The notes under the pieces: model-generated
Told to the model about the DNA's origin: nothing
Databases searched by the model: none
Seen by the model: only the letters and a program-made list of their open reading frames with translations
NCBI RefSeq assembly: GCF_032062105.1
Contig: NW_026925206.1
Coordinates: forward strand, 62,001-126,000
From: Saccostrea cucullata
Lineage: Eukaryota
DNA: 64,000 bases
Direction of reading: 5' to 3'
Part shown: positions 13,001-24,904 of the stretch, one piece after another
Layout: each line of letters begins with the position of its first letter
Position numbering within the stretch: the stretch's first letter is position 1
Position numbers and translations under genes: made by a program

Positions 13001-14644
13001 ACATTCTTACCTTTATTTTGCATATTTGAAGTTGCTTTAGAAACGTTATCTATGAAAAGCACTAGAAAAATTGAAACTTATAGGATTTTCTTAATCTGGT
13101 GTTCATTTTGACTACAACTTATCATTTAATTCATTCAATTCAGAACCTTGGATGCTGATGCTGGAGTATGCACATGAGGGAACCTTGCAGAAATACCTGA
13201 AGAAACACAGACCTGGTTCACAGCGTGTTGAGATTCAATCTCAGGAATCGGTCAGACTTAAGAATAACAGGATAGATGCCAAGAAACTCCTAACTCTGGC
13301 TTCCCAGGTCATCAGTGGATTGCTGCATTTGACAAAATATAAGGTAGGTTTTCAAATCAAATGTATTGCAAATCATAGAACAGAAGTTTGATCATAGAAT
13401 TTATAGGTCATGTGTGATTTCATAAAAATTTGTGTCAACTTTGCTTAGAGGTGGAAAAAACACCTTATTTACATTCTATTCTAAAAGTAAATTTATTGAA
13501 TTTTTTTCAATAATCACAATTATAGAGTATCTTTTTGTACATTGTATATTGAAGAATAAAAAGAATTATGTTTTATTCTACCAAAACTGTGTTTTTATAC
13601 CACATATAGCTCCTATACTACCGACTATCTGCATCCAGTGTCCTTGTGGCCAAAGGAGGAGTGTGCAAGTTATCAGGGTTTATGTTTCAGAAAGAAATAA
13701 CAGAGAGGAATTTGTATGAAAAGGTAATGCCACTTTTATTGTAGTTTTCTACAAAATGATGCTGTATTACAGAAAAGTAGATCAATCTCTTTTATGACTG
13801 TTGATTTTTGATGCCAATTTACTTACAGGAATCTCTACCTGTTCGCTGCATGTCACCAGAATCTTTGTCACAAAATATATTTGATACAAAGACCGACACA
13901 TATGCCTTTGGTATTTTGTTATGGCAGATTATACATTTTGGTAAGAATTTATCATAGGACTGGTATAACATTCTTGGTATTTGGGTTAACAATAGCCACA
14001 GTACTTGTTACACCCCTCTCAGAATTAAAATAAAATATATCAAATTTTGAACCTCTGTGAAGAACAATTTATAACCTTATAAAAATAAATTTATTTCCTA
14101 TAGGATTAAGGCCGTATCCCTCTATGGACATTGAAGAAGTGAAAGAGAAAGTTCTCTCAGGATACCGCATGCCTCAGCCACCGCACTGTAGTTCTGAATT
14201 GTATGTTAAAGAAATGTTTATATTTCTCTGTCTAAATTCAATGAAATGTTGGGAAAATGAAAAATTCACTGCAATTGCATCATTCTTCATTGTATTTGTA
14301 AACATATGCATTGTTAACAATTTTTTGAAAATAAAAATGGAGGCTAAGTATTTAATTTATTTCAATTTCCTATGCTATTATGTCTGCTTAAAAAGTTATT
14401 ATTGAATTATAATTTTATTTAAGACGACCACTTCAGTTTTAAGATAAAGACTCTTCGTCTGTATTTAAGGTTTGCCTTAATGGATAGATGTTGGAGTGTA
14501 AATCCAGATGAGAGACCCCTGTACCCTGATATCTTACAAGCCCTGTCTGTCCTACAAACCAACAGTGACACAAACATTGTTCTGGAGGATCTTCCAGGCC
14601 TGTCAACCTCTGAGAGTGAGACCGAAACAGAATGTAATCCATAG
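1072..14644 (+). CDS. Ig-domain receptor tyrosine kinase-like protein (FGFR/RET-like fold), predicted pseudokinase, ~745 aa, 15 coding exons
   Basis: GT-AG exons: 1072-1111 (signal peptide MLLNLLTFFVIIH), 6965-7120, 9701-9907 (Ig1 ..DAGTYTC), 10261-10548 (Ig2 ..DDGKVFIC), 10864-11151 (Ig3 ..DIGNYTC), 11443-11523, 11776-11864 (TM AYAVGAVVSSLLAILLIVVFILLAI), 12015-12125, 12344-12512 (YWEIP..VAIK), 12654-12764, 13144-13343, 13610-13723, 13829-13940 (LPVRCMSPES..DTYAFGILLWQI), 14104-14200 (PYP..GYRMPQPPHC), 14470-14644 (CW..PDERP). All phases are compatible; total 2238 nt. Exon 1 and the 11443 acceptor are the least certain. Confidence 0.9.
1845..2070 (+). mobile_element. tRNA-derived SINE (Deu/Nin-like core), degenerate
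   Basis: A-box-like gtggcagtggtaagag, B-box-like ggttcagatccc, core aaagatccctcactgct, (CAAA)n tail; homologous to 8551-8827. Confidence 0.7.
2536..3086. mobile_element. Foldback MITE, Mutator/MULE-type
   Basis: ~185-bp TIRs starting TAGCTGCAGATCTGTAGCG; perfect 9-bp TSD AATAATAAC (2527-2535, 3087-3095). Confidence 0.88.
3217..3887. mobile_element. Non-autonomous TTAA-TSD DNA transposon (Kolobok-like)
   Basis: TTAA on both sides; imperfect TIR GGTTATCCGATCCTCAG / CTGAGGATCGTATATCC; a related terminus occurs at ~55372-55440. Confidence 0.72.
4173..5010. mobile_element. Composite of miniature LTR retrotransposons (TRIMs) with tRNA-like sequence in the LTRs (Helenus-like)
   Basis: LTRs with TGT..ACA termini at 4173-4295 (-), 4404-4526 (-), 4631-~4730 (-, truncated), 4732-4781 (+, 3' half) and 4882-5010 (+). 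PBS TGGTGCCGTG at 4784-4793, with variants at ~4389-4399 and ~4619-4628 on -. PPT TTAAGGAGGGAGGAA at ~4867-4881, and at 4296-4310 and 4527-4541 on -. GATA flanks both outer ends. Confidence 0.85.
4912..4984 (+). pseudogene. tRNA-like cassette inside a TRIM LTR (Pol III A/B boxes), not a canonical tRNA gene
   Basis: Acceptor stem GGCCAGA/TCTGGTC, A box TAGCTCAGTTGG, T-loop GGTTCGGATCC; the anticodon arm is irregular and differs between copies. Confidence 0.75.
5532..5664 (-). mobile_element. Degenerate solo LTR of the same tRNA-containing TRIM group
   Basis: TGTAACAGG...CCATTACA termini and a decayed tRNA-like core; flanks TAAT/TTAT match 3 of 4. Confidence 0.7.
8551..8827 (+). mobile_element. 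tRNA-derived SINE (Deu/Nin-like core)
   Basis: A box gccgcagtggttagag, B-box-like ggttccactccc, core gtaggtgctggcatgaaaaagatccc, (ACAA)n tail. Confidence 0.75.
9279..9486. mobile_element. Tc1/mariner-type MITE (TA TSD)
   Basis: TA|CTGTAAATCACT...AGTGATCTACAG|TA with internal CGCGA repeats; same type as 57870-58086. Confidence 0.8.
10713..10836. repeat. Intronic tandem duplication, ~68-bp period
   Basis: attagat.tgtataaaa...aattcagaattgagaaagtgatatctataaag occurs twice. Confidence 0.85.
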
Positions 14645-14708
14645 AAGGTCATCTTGATAATCCAAAGAAGGTCATCTGGATTATCCATAGAAGGTCATCT
14701 GGATTACG
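14635..14708 (+). repeat. 3 x 23-bp tandem repeat overlapping the RTK stop codon
   Basis: ccatagaaggtcatcttgataat / ccaaagaaggtcatctggattat / ccatagaaggtcatctggattac. Confidence 0.9.
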
Positions 14709-14807
14709 TAATCTGTTAAGATACTCGTATATTGATGAGGCACTCACAAATTGAACTTGATTTTTTTTTTCTTAAATACATTAATTTTGCCATTGACACA
14801 AGGATAA

Positions 14808-15442
14808 TTTTTAGCTCACCCAAGCCAAAAGCTCACTGTAGCTTTTTTCTGATTAAGGAATGTCCAGAGTCTGTCTGAGTGAACTTTTCACATATTCAAC
14901 TTCTTCTCCAGAACTATTTAATTAATGAATATCTTGTTTCTTAGTGCTAGGTGGGGGGGGGGGGGGGGCACAATAGGGGTCAATGATTTATATTAAAATT
15001 TAGGGGGATGTGTGTAGAAAGTTTCTACTCTGAAGAACAGCAGGGTCACAATCAAGTAGTGAAGGTAGACATTTTACCTGCCCTCTGACAAGGTTGGGGG
15101 TCACAGTAGGTATTAAAAATTACATGTAAATGGAAATATTTAGGGAAAAATTGGACAAGTAAGTGTCTTACAAGCATGACTGCAGGAACTACACTTAAGC
15201 CTTGGTAAATAGCAAAGTTTTATACAAATATAATTATACTAAATCATGAAGTCTACAATTTGTAAAGTTGACCTAGAGCGTTTAGTACATTACAATGATT
15301 TATAATAATTATTGTTGAAATCTTTGATGCTAATTTGGTGACCACAAAAGGGGATTTCATACATTAGAGAAAACATGTACTTATTTATTAGGAAGAGCAT
15401 AATGACTCAGATGAGCATTATGGCCCATGGGCTTTTTTGTTT
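14808..15442 (+). mobile_element. Helentron-derived non-autonomous HINE just downstream of the RTK stop
   Basis: 5' ttttagctcacc..aaaagctca; 3' ctcagatgagcattatggcccatgggct..tgtttt (subterminal inverted repeat plus hairpin); T-rich insertion site. Confidence 0.7.
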
Positions 15443-16453
15443 TACTTTGTATCACATATGATAGAAAGGTATTTGTACATTTGATATTTATCATTTATAA
15501 CTTTAATTACAGTAAAACCTGCAGATCTCATGGTATACTTTTGTTTTATAATCACAGAATACATTTCACATATAATTGCAAAGGTTAGACAAATGAATTG
15601 AATTTTTAAAATAACTGTTTAATAATTGTGCGTTTCTTTATCATACATCATATAATTCATATACTAAGGTTATTATCATGTACCTTCACTTTTTGGGTGC
15701 ATTTTCTGAGAGAAAGTTGATTTTACACAGAATGAGAAGTCTTTCCACACAATATTATATAATTAAAAGGTAGATATGGCATCAGGAATTGGGGGAAAAA
15801 TGGACTGATTAAAATATTTGTATGCATAATATTAAACTTTGTAGTATCTGAATCACCTTTCCCGTCCAATATAAAATAATAGAACTAGAAATTTAGATAT
15901 AATATCTTTTATTCACATTCACATATCAAGAACTCTGTCCACTTCTGTATATTCATATTTTTATATCTACTGACATTACATGCCATTGTTCAGTTCTTAT
16001 TAGATATAAAGAATTTAGAAATTTTCAAGTCAATTAATTTTTGCATATTTAGGGCAACATATGCATATGCATCTATATGCTTTTAAAGTGCCTAAATCCC
16101 CTCAAAATGTATTCCTATGCTAAAATCATGTAAACTAACCAATTTAAAATAGCTGACAAAGGATTTATACTTGTGCATTTTGGTTCATTTGAGTTTAAAA
16201 ATAATATACATTTTACATGCATAAGTTTCAAGTTTTACAATTAAACTTACCATTGAGGTTAGCAGGCATTACACTTAAAAATTATTAAAGCGTATTATAA
16301 ACATTTATTTAAACTTAATTTGAAGAAGGACATTTTTGTGAAAACATTGCATGCACATATCTGATAAAAAGAAAAATTGACTATAAAATTTCCAATTCAC
16401 CTAGAGTAGGTGTATTTTTACCGGTATCTGTCTAACATTTACTTGTATATTTA

Positions 16454-17292
16454 TACTGACACGCAAAAGAAACGCAACAAGCAGTAATCTACAAATGTTT
16501 GAATTTTTTATCTAATGATTTTTAAAAAGGAATACAGTAAGACTAAAATCACTTTTCAGAACATCAGAGATTTGATAAAAATGTTAAATGTTTATCTTTT
16601 AACTTTACTAAGTAACATATGACTTTTAAAACACCCCCCTCCCAGCCATTCAATTACAACGTGCAAGACTGTCCTAAACAACATTAGCAGTTTAATTTCT
16701 AAGATACAATAGGTTAATCAATATCGAGATCTGAGCGAAGGAATTATTCTTTATCATTTTTAAATGCCTGTTTTTCAGATGATTAGGTCGCATTTTCTCT
16801 AACTTAGCGCATTGTAGTAACCCTTGGACTTCCGGTCCAAAGACTATCATTTATGAATAAAATAGGTAAGACCCTGTTGAGACGTAATGTAGTGAATTTT
16901 TGCATCATCAACTCTCCATCGCCATTACTTTGTGATTTTCCAGCTAGAGCAATGGAAATGCGCACTTAAGCCATTTTCAAGAAGCTTTAACGTCGTTACG
17001 GGAGACGAAAGGAGATTTTATTTTTTGAAATATTGCTGCATTACTTAAGATGAACAGTACAAACCCTTAAAACTCCATAATATTGCCAGCTGTTTTGTGA
17101 AACATGCGATTTTCGATTTCTGTTATGCAGACTCAAACTTGACTTTCGGTTATGGTATGAAAATCGTTCAACCGTTAAATTACCGATATTTACCAATTTG
17201 AAGATATCCATAATTTTAAGATTTAAAATTTTTTACTTTACATAGTTATTTCACCCTAAAGTAGGGTGTTGCGTTTCTTTTGCGTGTCAGTA
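16454..17292. mobile_element. Non-autonomous Tc1-like DNA transposon
   Basis: Perfect ~26-bp TIR TACTGACACGCAAAAGAAACGCAACA with TA flanks; no transposase ORF. Confidence 0.88.
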
Positions 17293-18375
17293 TATGTCAA
17301 ATAGTGTTCATTATGAACTAAGTGTAAGGAATTTGTTTTGTTCCTTAATCAATTACCTACACAAAAACATATGTGATGATTCATGTGTTTTTAGCATTTT
17401 TGTAACATTAATTCTATGTTAAAATAGACTTAGTATCAATATAAAATAGAATTCATACTTATTTCTTAGTACAAATGTCTCTGATTAAAGTGCTAAATGA
17501 TTCTATCCTTTTGACTAATAGTTCTTGTGTATTTGCAGTTCTGTTCACGATAATTTACTATTTAGTGTGTGCTATATAAGATACTTTTCATCCTACCATG
17601 TTTTTTTGTACACCTCGATCAGATATTTTTTTTAACGGAACTATTTTGAATTCAGACAGAATTTCAGACAGTGTTTTTAGAACATTCTTTTGTCAATTAA
17701 GGTGCACATTGTGTTCAGAATAGAAAGGTTGGTTTAATTGTTTTTGTTGTGTTTATAGGGAATTGTTTTTGTTGTGTTTATAGGGTTTTATTGTTTTATC
17801 AGGATGTGGAAAAAGATTATCCTGTTAACTAATTGTTAATTTTTTGCTTCTACTAAAAGAATAAGGAAAAAATTGTAGTGTGACTTTGTTAATTGTTAAT
17901 GCTAAGAAAAAGTGCAATACTCAACATGTAAAACTAACTAATGTATCTTTATATGCTTAAAAAAATGGTGACATTTCAAAAAAAATTCTCATGAATGTAT
18001 TAGGATTCTGTCTGAGAATTATGTGTATTTTTGCTCTATAAAACTGTATGACCAATCGGACTAAAACTTTATGTCCAGAAAGATTTCTATACTATGGATT
18101 TTGTACAGGGTAACAGTGATGTAATTTTTCCTGAAATAAGATTTTACAAAAAAAAAATTTCAAATTGGATATGAAGTACAAATGGTGAATCTTTTGTTGT
18201 TGTTTTTTTCTGTCATTGAATACTGTTAAACATTTTTTTTTTTAGATATTTGATATTTTATTTATTTCATTGATAATATTTAAGAAATTTGGTTCAAAAA
18301 TTAATATATTTATGGAACAATGAAATTAAATATCCACAAAATGATTTTTGATCATAATTCAATGAAATTTTAACA

Positions 18376-20138
18376 TAAGGCCATGTATAAAAAAAAATGT
18401 TTGGTTGCCCTCTCCCGACTAATTGTCTAAAATGACCCAACTCAAATTTTTTTTTTATTTCTACGAGGGGTGATCAAAAAGTTCGCAAAACTAATTGAAT
18501 GACTTCCATAAAAGAAACATAATTTGGTCAGTGTAGATTATATTTTAAATTAGTCCTCTCCAATTTTAGTGCGCGAGTCACAAGGTATAGGCTGTCACGT
18601 GACCTGCTCCGTAGCTTTCTGTCACGAAAGCTGAAAGGTTTTTCTGAGTTTTATATTTCTTTCCGTGCGAGTTAATTTTTATAACAAGAACAGGTCATTT
18701 GTCAGAAATGGTCAAATCTCGGCAAAAGAATGGGTGGATAAGAATATCCTTTCCCAAAATGAGCTTGGCAACGATCAGAACTTAAATTCTCTGTCTTGGG
18801 AGAGTTGTTTTTACAAGGTGGATAAAGTATGGGTGCCTCCTTTTTATCATATCTAATTTGTTAAAAATCTAAAGTAAACGATATCTTCGGTATTTAATAA
18901 TCATATTATTGTTAAGATATTCAACTATTTTTCAAACTGTAAATTGGAGGTTTTTCATAACAAATTTGTTAATTAAAAACACACCTCTTTTCAAACCTGC
19001 TTTCACTGGGCAACAGAACAATTAAAATTTTTAACCATCTCCCTTCCTTCGCTTTAACGATCGATCCAATCATTGATTAAATTTCTAGGAAGTCATTTGT
19101 CTTAATAAATTGTGTACAAATTATTATATGCTACTAAAAAGGAATTTCCAAGTTATTCCATAAACTTTACAGCCGTTCGTTGAACGAGTACGACTGAGAC
19201 AACCAATTTTCGTCACAAGTGATCTACATATTGACGTCATTTTCACATTGTGACGTCACAAAGAAAGAGCAAAACATTATTCAACATATGCTATTTATAG
19301 AACTTGTGTATGGCTATGTGTGTACCAAATTTTATTCTAATCTGAATAGTGGTTTTGTAGATATAGAGATAGTTCGCTAACTTTTTGATCACCCCTCGTA
19401 TGGAAGATAGAATCTAAAGTTATACATGCTATAACTTGCGTCAGTTTAAATACGGTTGGAAATTTATGCATTTAGTTCACGAAAATACTGTAAATTACAC
19501 CATTAACAGTGAAAGTGCTACAAAGATATCAAATTATAATTATATATTATCCTGTAAGGAAAGTAATGCTTCTCTGACTGTTAAAATAAATCCATGGCAT
19601 GACGCCGTCGCTTCTTTTAGATTGATTAACAAATATGGCATCAAGAAAACAAGGAATACAACTATTTACTTTTGACATGGATGGCAAACGTCTTACTGTG
19701 AAAGATACTTATCTTTTAATTTAATGTCTATCAACCAAGTACTCTGTAATGACACATATTAAGCTTTTATAAATAATTGTAGTCACAACCTCATTGTCTA
19801 TGATTTCTCATGGACCTGCGTAAACTGTTTATGCTCTCCCTTCATCAATAATTTTGAAAAGACTAAATTCTTAATTGCAGATATTGCTTCATTGTTTTGT
19901 TATTACGTCAACTTCCATAAAATTTTGTGGAAAGTATTAAATTTTTTATACACTCCATGAGTCTCAAATCATTTAATCAATTCTTTTCACACTAAAATTA
20001 GCTTTTATATAGTGTCAATATCTTTAAAAATTAACATTGAAATTTTTTGAGAATTTTTTTTATCACCTACTTACTTAACTAATATTTACAGTCCGAGCTG
20101 GGAGAGGGAAACCAAATAATTTTTCAAAGATGGCCTTG
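18376..20138. mobile_element. Degenerate TIR DNA transposon (TAAGGCC termini) hosting a mariner-like element
   Basis: aaggccat..tttggttgccctctccc versus gggagagggaaaccaaa..atggcctt; a related short copy lies at 24047-24290. TSD unclear. Confidence 0.6.
18464..19398. mobile_element. Non-autonomous mariner-like element
   Basis: TA|CGAGGGGTGATCAAAAAGTT...AACTTTTTGATCACCCCTCG|TA. Confidence 0.9.
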
Positions 20139-21745
20139 TAAAGATTTCCAACAGTCTCTAACAGTAGTAGATTCCTAGTTATAAAACTGAAAAAATTATT
20201 GAAACAAAAATTGTAACTCGTATCATTTAAAAGTTTTAATTGATTTGTGCCGTAACGAATTTAGTGATTAGAAATTATGTATGCATAAATAAAATTTAAA
20301 TTGTATTTGTTACCATAAAACATGACATAAAACAATTGAAAAGGACAGGGTATTCATACATGATAGATAAAAAAGTTTTTAGTTGTTGATTATTTTTCCT
20401 AAATTCTATTGAATTTGGTTATTCATATTGTTTTCTTTTTAAATTTAAGCAATACTTTGTGTTAGAATATGGAAAGCTATTTTCCCCCATTACATGTGTA
20501 TTGTATTTTGAGTTGTTAAGTTTTCTTTTGCTGGCTTATCGTATGTTTTGTTATTGAGGTAGAAAGAACCATGATAATGTTGTATGAGTGTTATTTGTTG
20601 TCAGACATTCTATTTGGTGCTTGATTAATTCTTCACTGGCAATATAAAGATTTACATTAAATATATTAATATACAAGAAAAAAAAAGTGATAAATGATTA
20701 TACTTATATACACAAAAAAATTAGTAATAAATGATTATATTTGGAAGGGTAATCATGGAATAATTGAAATATTGTTGTTCAATTTATTTTCTACTTTGAT
20801 AGAAATCCAGGATCTTTTTTGTTTCATAAAATCAGAATATCTTATTAAGTTGTTCAAAAAGTACATGTATATTATAATTCCTTGTGCCATTTTCAGTGTG
20901 TAGGCATTTGTTTTGCTTATGTTGACACATAGACACTGCTTTCAGTGCTTTGTTTGCTTTTTCTGCTTAGTGCAATTTTTTATGTATTAAATATTGTACA
21001 CCTATTATTAAATAAATGTTTAAATTAATGACACTTCATATTTAGATATATTTTGTTTTTTAACCAGATTTGTTTTTCTTTTCAATCAATTTAGCAAGTC
21101 CTTCAACACACAGGGACCAGTAACATAGTGTATTTGATTTTACGCAATCATGATCCTGCATACAAAAAGGAAAAGGGATCTAACGTCAGCTCGCATTTGC
21201 AATGCCCCTGTTAACTGTGTAAACATATAGGGCTTAGCTGTACAAGTACATCTCTGCATACTTCTTCAACTCACATGGTTTTACGCACACATTAAGGTCA
21301 CATTCTTATAATAAACCTTGCCATTATCAAACATATGTAGGACGACATAACCTTAATATGTATTACTTATCTCATGCCAAATGTACATGTTCTCAAAGTC
21401 AGTGTTTTAAAGGGGGGCTTATCAATAGATAATACATGATGTTACGTCTGTATGATTCTTCATAAGTTTTTACAAATCAAATTATTCTAAAAATTTCATA
21501 CTATTTAGTTGAAAATTTCAAATTGTCTTCTTAAAGACGCATTAGTATTTTTCTAAGTACTTTGCACAATTACCATACTCGCGTTGGTTTTGTCGAAACG
21601 TAACGCTGAAAAATGACAATGCTGCATGAAGAAATCTAGCCAAAAGATAGGGCAATAAAGTATTGTTTTAAATTGTTACTATTGAAAAAAAGTTCTTTTA
21701 CATATTTTGAGCAAACAATTAAGATACCACTGGGAAAAACTTGTA

Positions 21746-23942
21746 TCACATGAGATCAAACTCGGCTTCGATGTAGACATTGTTAGTGATATCCAATTCT
21801 TCAATTCTTATCTCTGTCCTTCCAAAGTATACTTTTGTCTTAAACTCCACGAGGTCGGGCCATCCCTTCTCTGGTGGTTGGTTTGTTATTTTCCCTACTG
21901 GTTTTATTCCCTGATCTGTGATAAATGTTAGCTTATCTCTCTTGATATCTTTTCCAGCATAGATTGCTGTTTGTAGTGGTATTTGCTTTCGATCTGCTTG
22001 CCTATGACTGCTCTTTAAGAGACAAATCTTTGGTTCATCATATTTAATTTTTTTTCCTTCGTAAACGAGAACAAAAAAGATATCTTTGCAGACCACTTCA
22101 CCGTCTACAATAACTCGCTTCTCTTCTGGATGCCTCGATTTATCAAATTCTTGATGTACCTGAATGCCATACGTATATCGACATATACGGAATTCAACTT
22201 GCTCTGGATTATACCCAAATATGACTGCTCCCTGAAGAACTGCCAGGCCCGGATCTTTGGGACAACAGAAGTTGATATTTGAGAAATCAGAGTGGGATTT
22301 TATTTGTTCACATAGATACTTGGAACAGGAAAATCCTCCAACGAGAAGAATTTGATCTAAATGTTTCACTTCTATTAGAATCTCTTTTATCAGATGTATA
22401 ATATGAGTCTTTGCTTCTTCAAAAAATTCTTTGAATTTTGAGTTTTCTACGTATAAGTGATCAAAAGTAACCGAATCTTTCTCCGATATGCTTGTATTGG
22501 CAAACATTTTTAATCTACCCGGTAATTTAAGTCGAATATTTCCATAAGGTACATTACTTATTTGTCTTTTCTGCATTTCAAATTCCCTTTCCATATCAAA
22601 TGCATCTCTTGGAGCAATTTCCCACAATTCTTGTAGACATGATTCGTTATTGAAGACCATTTTAACGTATTTCTCGAATTCTCTGTCAACTGTTGTTCCT
22701 CCCCAGTTGCCACCAGAAGCCTTATAAACTTCTGCTAGTCTACCATCTTCTAAAACTTCATGGACCACAACATCAACTGTTCCACCTTTCAAAAAAAAAA
22801 TCAATAACAGAAAGATAATTTTTCATTTCAATCCATTGTTCAAGTCTAAATTTTGAATATCATCCCATTGCTCTTTTGCAGGTTGATGTATTACAGTATA
22901 ATTAATATTTTTTTGTTATTTTGTCCGAACTAAAGAATACTTTAGATAAATCAAGGTTTTCATTGAGCAATGTATTTATGTTTGGTTACCCCCAAGATCC
23001 AAGACCATGTATCTTTTCTTTGGTTTAAATGTTTCTGTAAGTGTCTGATCGGGTAGAGATTTACAGTACATTGCTGCAGCCTCTGGTTCTAAAGCAATTA
23101 AAAACTGTGCCTCAGGAATCCCGCTCTGCAATTTGCGAAAACATAAAAGATTCAGGGTAATAGAGTAAACGAATTTACCTTGGCCTTTTAGTATTAATTT
23201 GGTGGAAAATTATATGATAATATAAATTACAAGACAGAGTCAAAATATCTAATTTCTCTCATTGAATTATTTGAAGCCCTTTAGTACCTTCAAAGCAGCT
23301 TCTTTCATGAAGAGTTTTGCAGATTGTCTCCAAATTGCAGGTACTGTTATCACATATAAAATGTTGTTTTTATCAAATGCAAGAGACCTGTCTTTCACTG
23401 TGGATTCGAAGTGATTTTTTAGGGCCTGAATGGCCCATGCAAAGATATCTAAAGCTGGAAGTGAAAGTCTACCAGAGTCATCCTTAATTTCTATACTGCG
23501 TTGAACATTCTGTAATTAAACAAAGCATTAACAAGTTGAATGCTTTTATCTTTTAAATGTTACATGTAGGAAGGAATAGAGAAAGAAAAAAAATACTTGC
23601 AGTTTCCTCATAAAGAATCAATTTGAAATTTCTGAATCGATACCAATCTTCGTGGTTCTTTTGGCAGACCCGCTGTGCATAAAATTCCTCTGCTTCGTAT
23701 CCAAAAGAATGAAAAGACTTATCTTTGTCAACAAGAACTGTAGTTGGTGCTTTGGCCCTCGGATCTGGGACCATGTTTCCCATCCACTGATTCAGGGAGA
23801 TTGATTTTGTGTTTATTTCCTTTTTATCACAAAAAGCATAACCCGAATTACTTGTTCCGATATCAAAAGCCACCACAATATCCCACAAATCTCTAGGAGG
23901 CACTTCTGATACTTGAATCCCGAATTTCTGTTTGGGATCCAT
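21746..23942 (-). CDS. HSPA12: Heat shock 70 kDa protein 12-like, copy B, ~579 aa
   Basis: Exons 23942-23601, 23509-23288, 23125-22990, 22785-21746 (1740 nt, open). Motifs VVAFDIGTSNSGYA, KAPTTVL, VITVPAIW, IALEPEAAAMYC, YMVLDLGGGTVD, ASGGNWGGTTVD, LLVGGFS, LAVLQGAVIFG, CRYTYG. The intron 1 donor is GC. Confidence 0.93.
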
Positions 23943-24046
23943 TTTTAAATTCACACCTGTAAAGGAATGTTATGGTGAAGGACTTTTCACCTTGAATTTG
24001 ATACGAGAAAGATCGCTCAAGATTTGACAAGGGTTATCAAATTTAT

Positions 24047-24290
24047 TAGGCCACTTTAAAAAAATTATTTGGTTTCCATTTCCCGACCGACTGACAAGAA
24101 ATGGTCTGACTCAAAACTTTTTTTTCACATTCCACGGGACGACATTTTTCTGATTATTCCTCTCATCCCATCAATGGATATGTTGAAAGTTTTTTCTGGA
24201 AAAAAGATTTCCATGCCTAAACCTACCCACCCAATATTTTTATCCTGAGTCGGGAAAGGACAAGCAAACATTATTTTAAAGGTAGCCTAG
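24047..24290. mobile_element. Short TIR MITE related to 18376-20138
   Basis: taggccactttaaa..ttcccgac versus gtcgggaa..tttaaaggtagccta. Confidence 0.6.
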
Positions 24291-24904
24291 TTCATATCAA
24301 TCTATTCAAAACGATATAGATATTACAGAACATTATAAATCGAGGAGATAGACACTATGATCAAACAACAGATTACATAAAATATTTTCATCCCATCAAG
24401 TTAAAACTTAAACTTTCCAAAACGGATTCTTTGAAAGACATTCTCAGGAAACAGACTTGAACTGTAAATAAGTTAAACCTCTTTAAAACATATTTGTGAA
24501 GGCATATCTCTATGTGGCCCACACAGCTTGCGTTTTAACATAATTATCTTGCAAATAGACATAATTTTGCATATTGACATATATTTTTCTTGCTTGTTAT
24601 CATAATTTATTCTGTATGTAGGGGGCACAAATATACCACCGTAGTATAGTGGTATTGACACATATACCTATATCCTATTTTTAGGTGCCACTTGGCTAAA
24701 CGCCAGTGATCTTTAATAGAACTTTATTCATAGACTCTGTACGAAAATCTGTCATCAAAACATCTTTTTTCGGTAGAATTTTAAGACAGCCTTGCATGGG
24801 TTTAATGTATTTTCATCAAGAATAGGTAAAAAAAAATTGTATTTACTAAGTTGTAAAAATATTGATTATTACAGCGAATTATGAAATACCGGTAAAGTTT
24901 TTTA

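Noticed and set aside
1072-14644. Naming the receptor FGFR or PTK7, or calling it a pseudogene
   Set aside because: It lacks FGFR catalytic motifs and the PTK7 seven-Ig architecture. No frameshifts or stops were found, so it is treated as an intact pseudokinase without a symbol.
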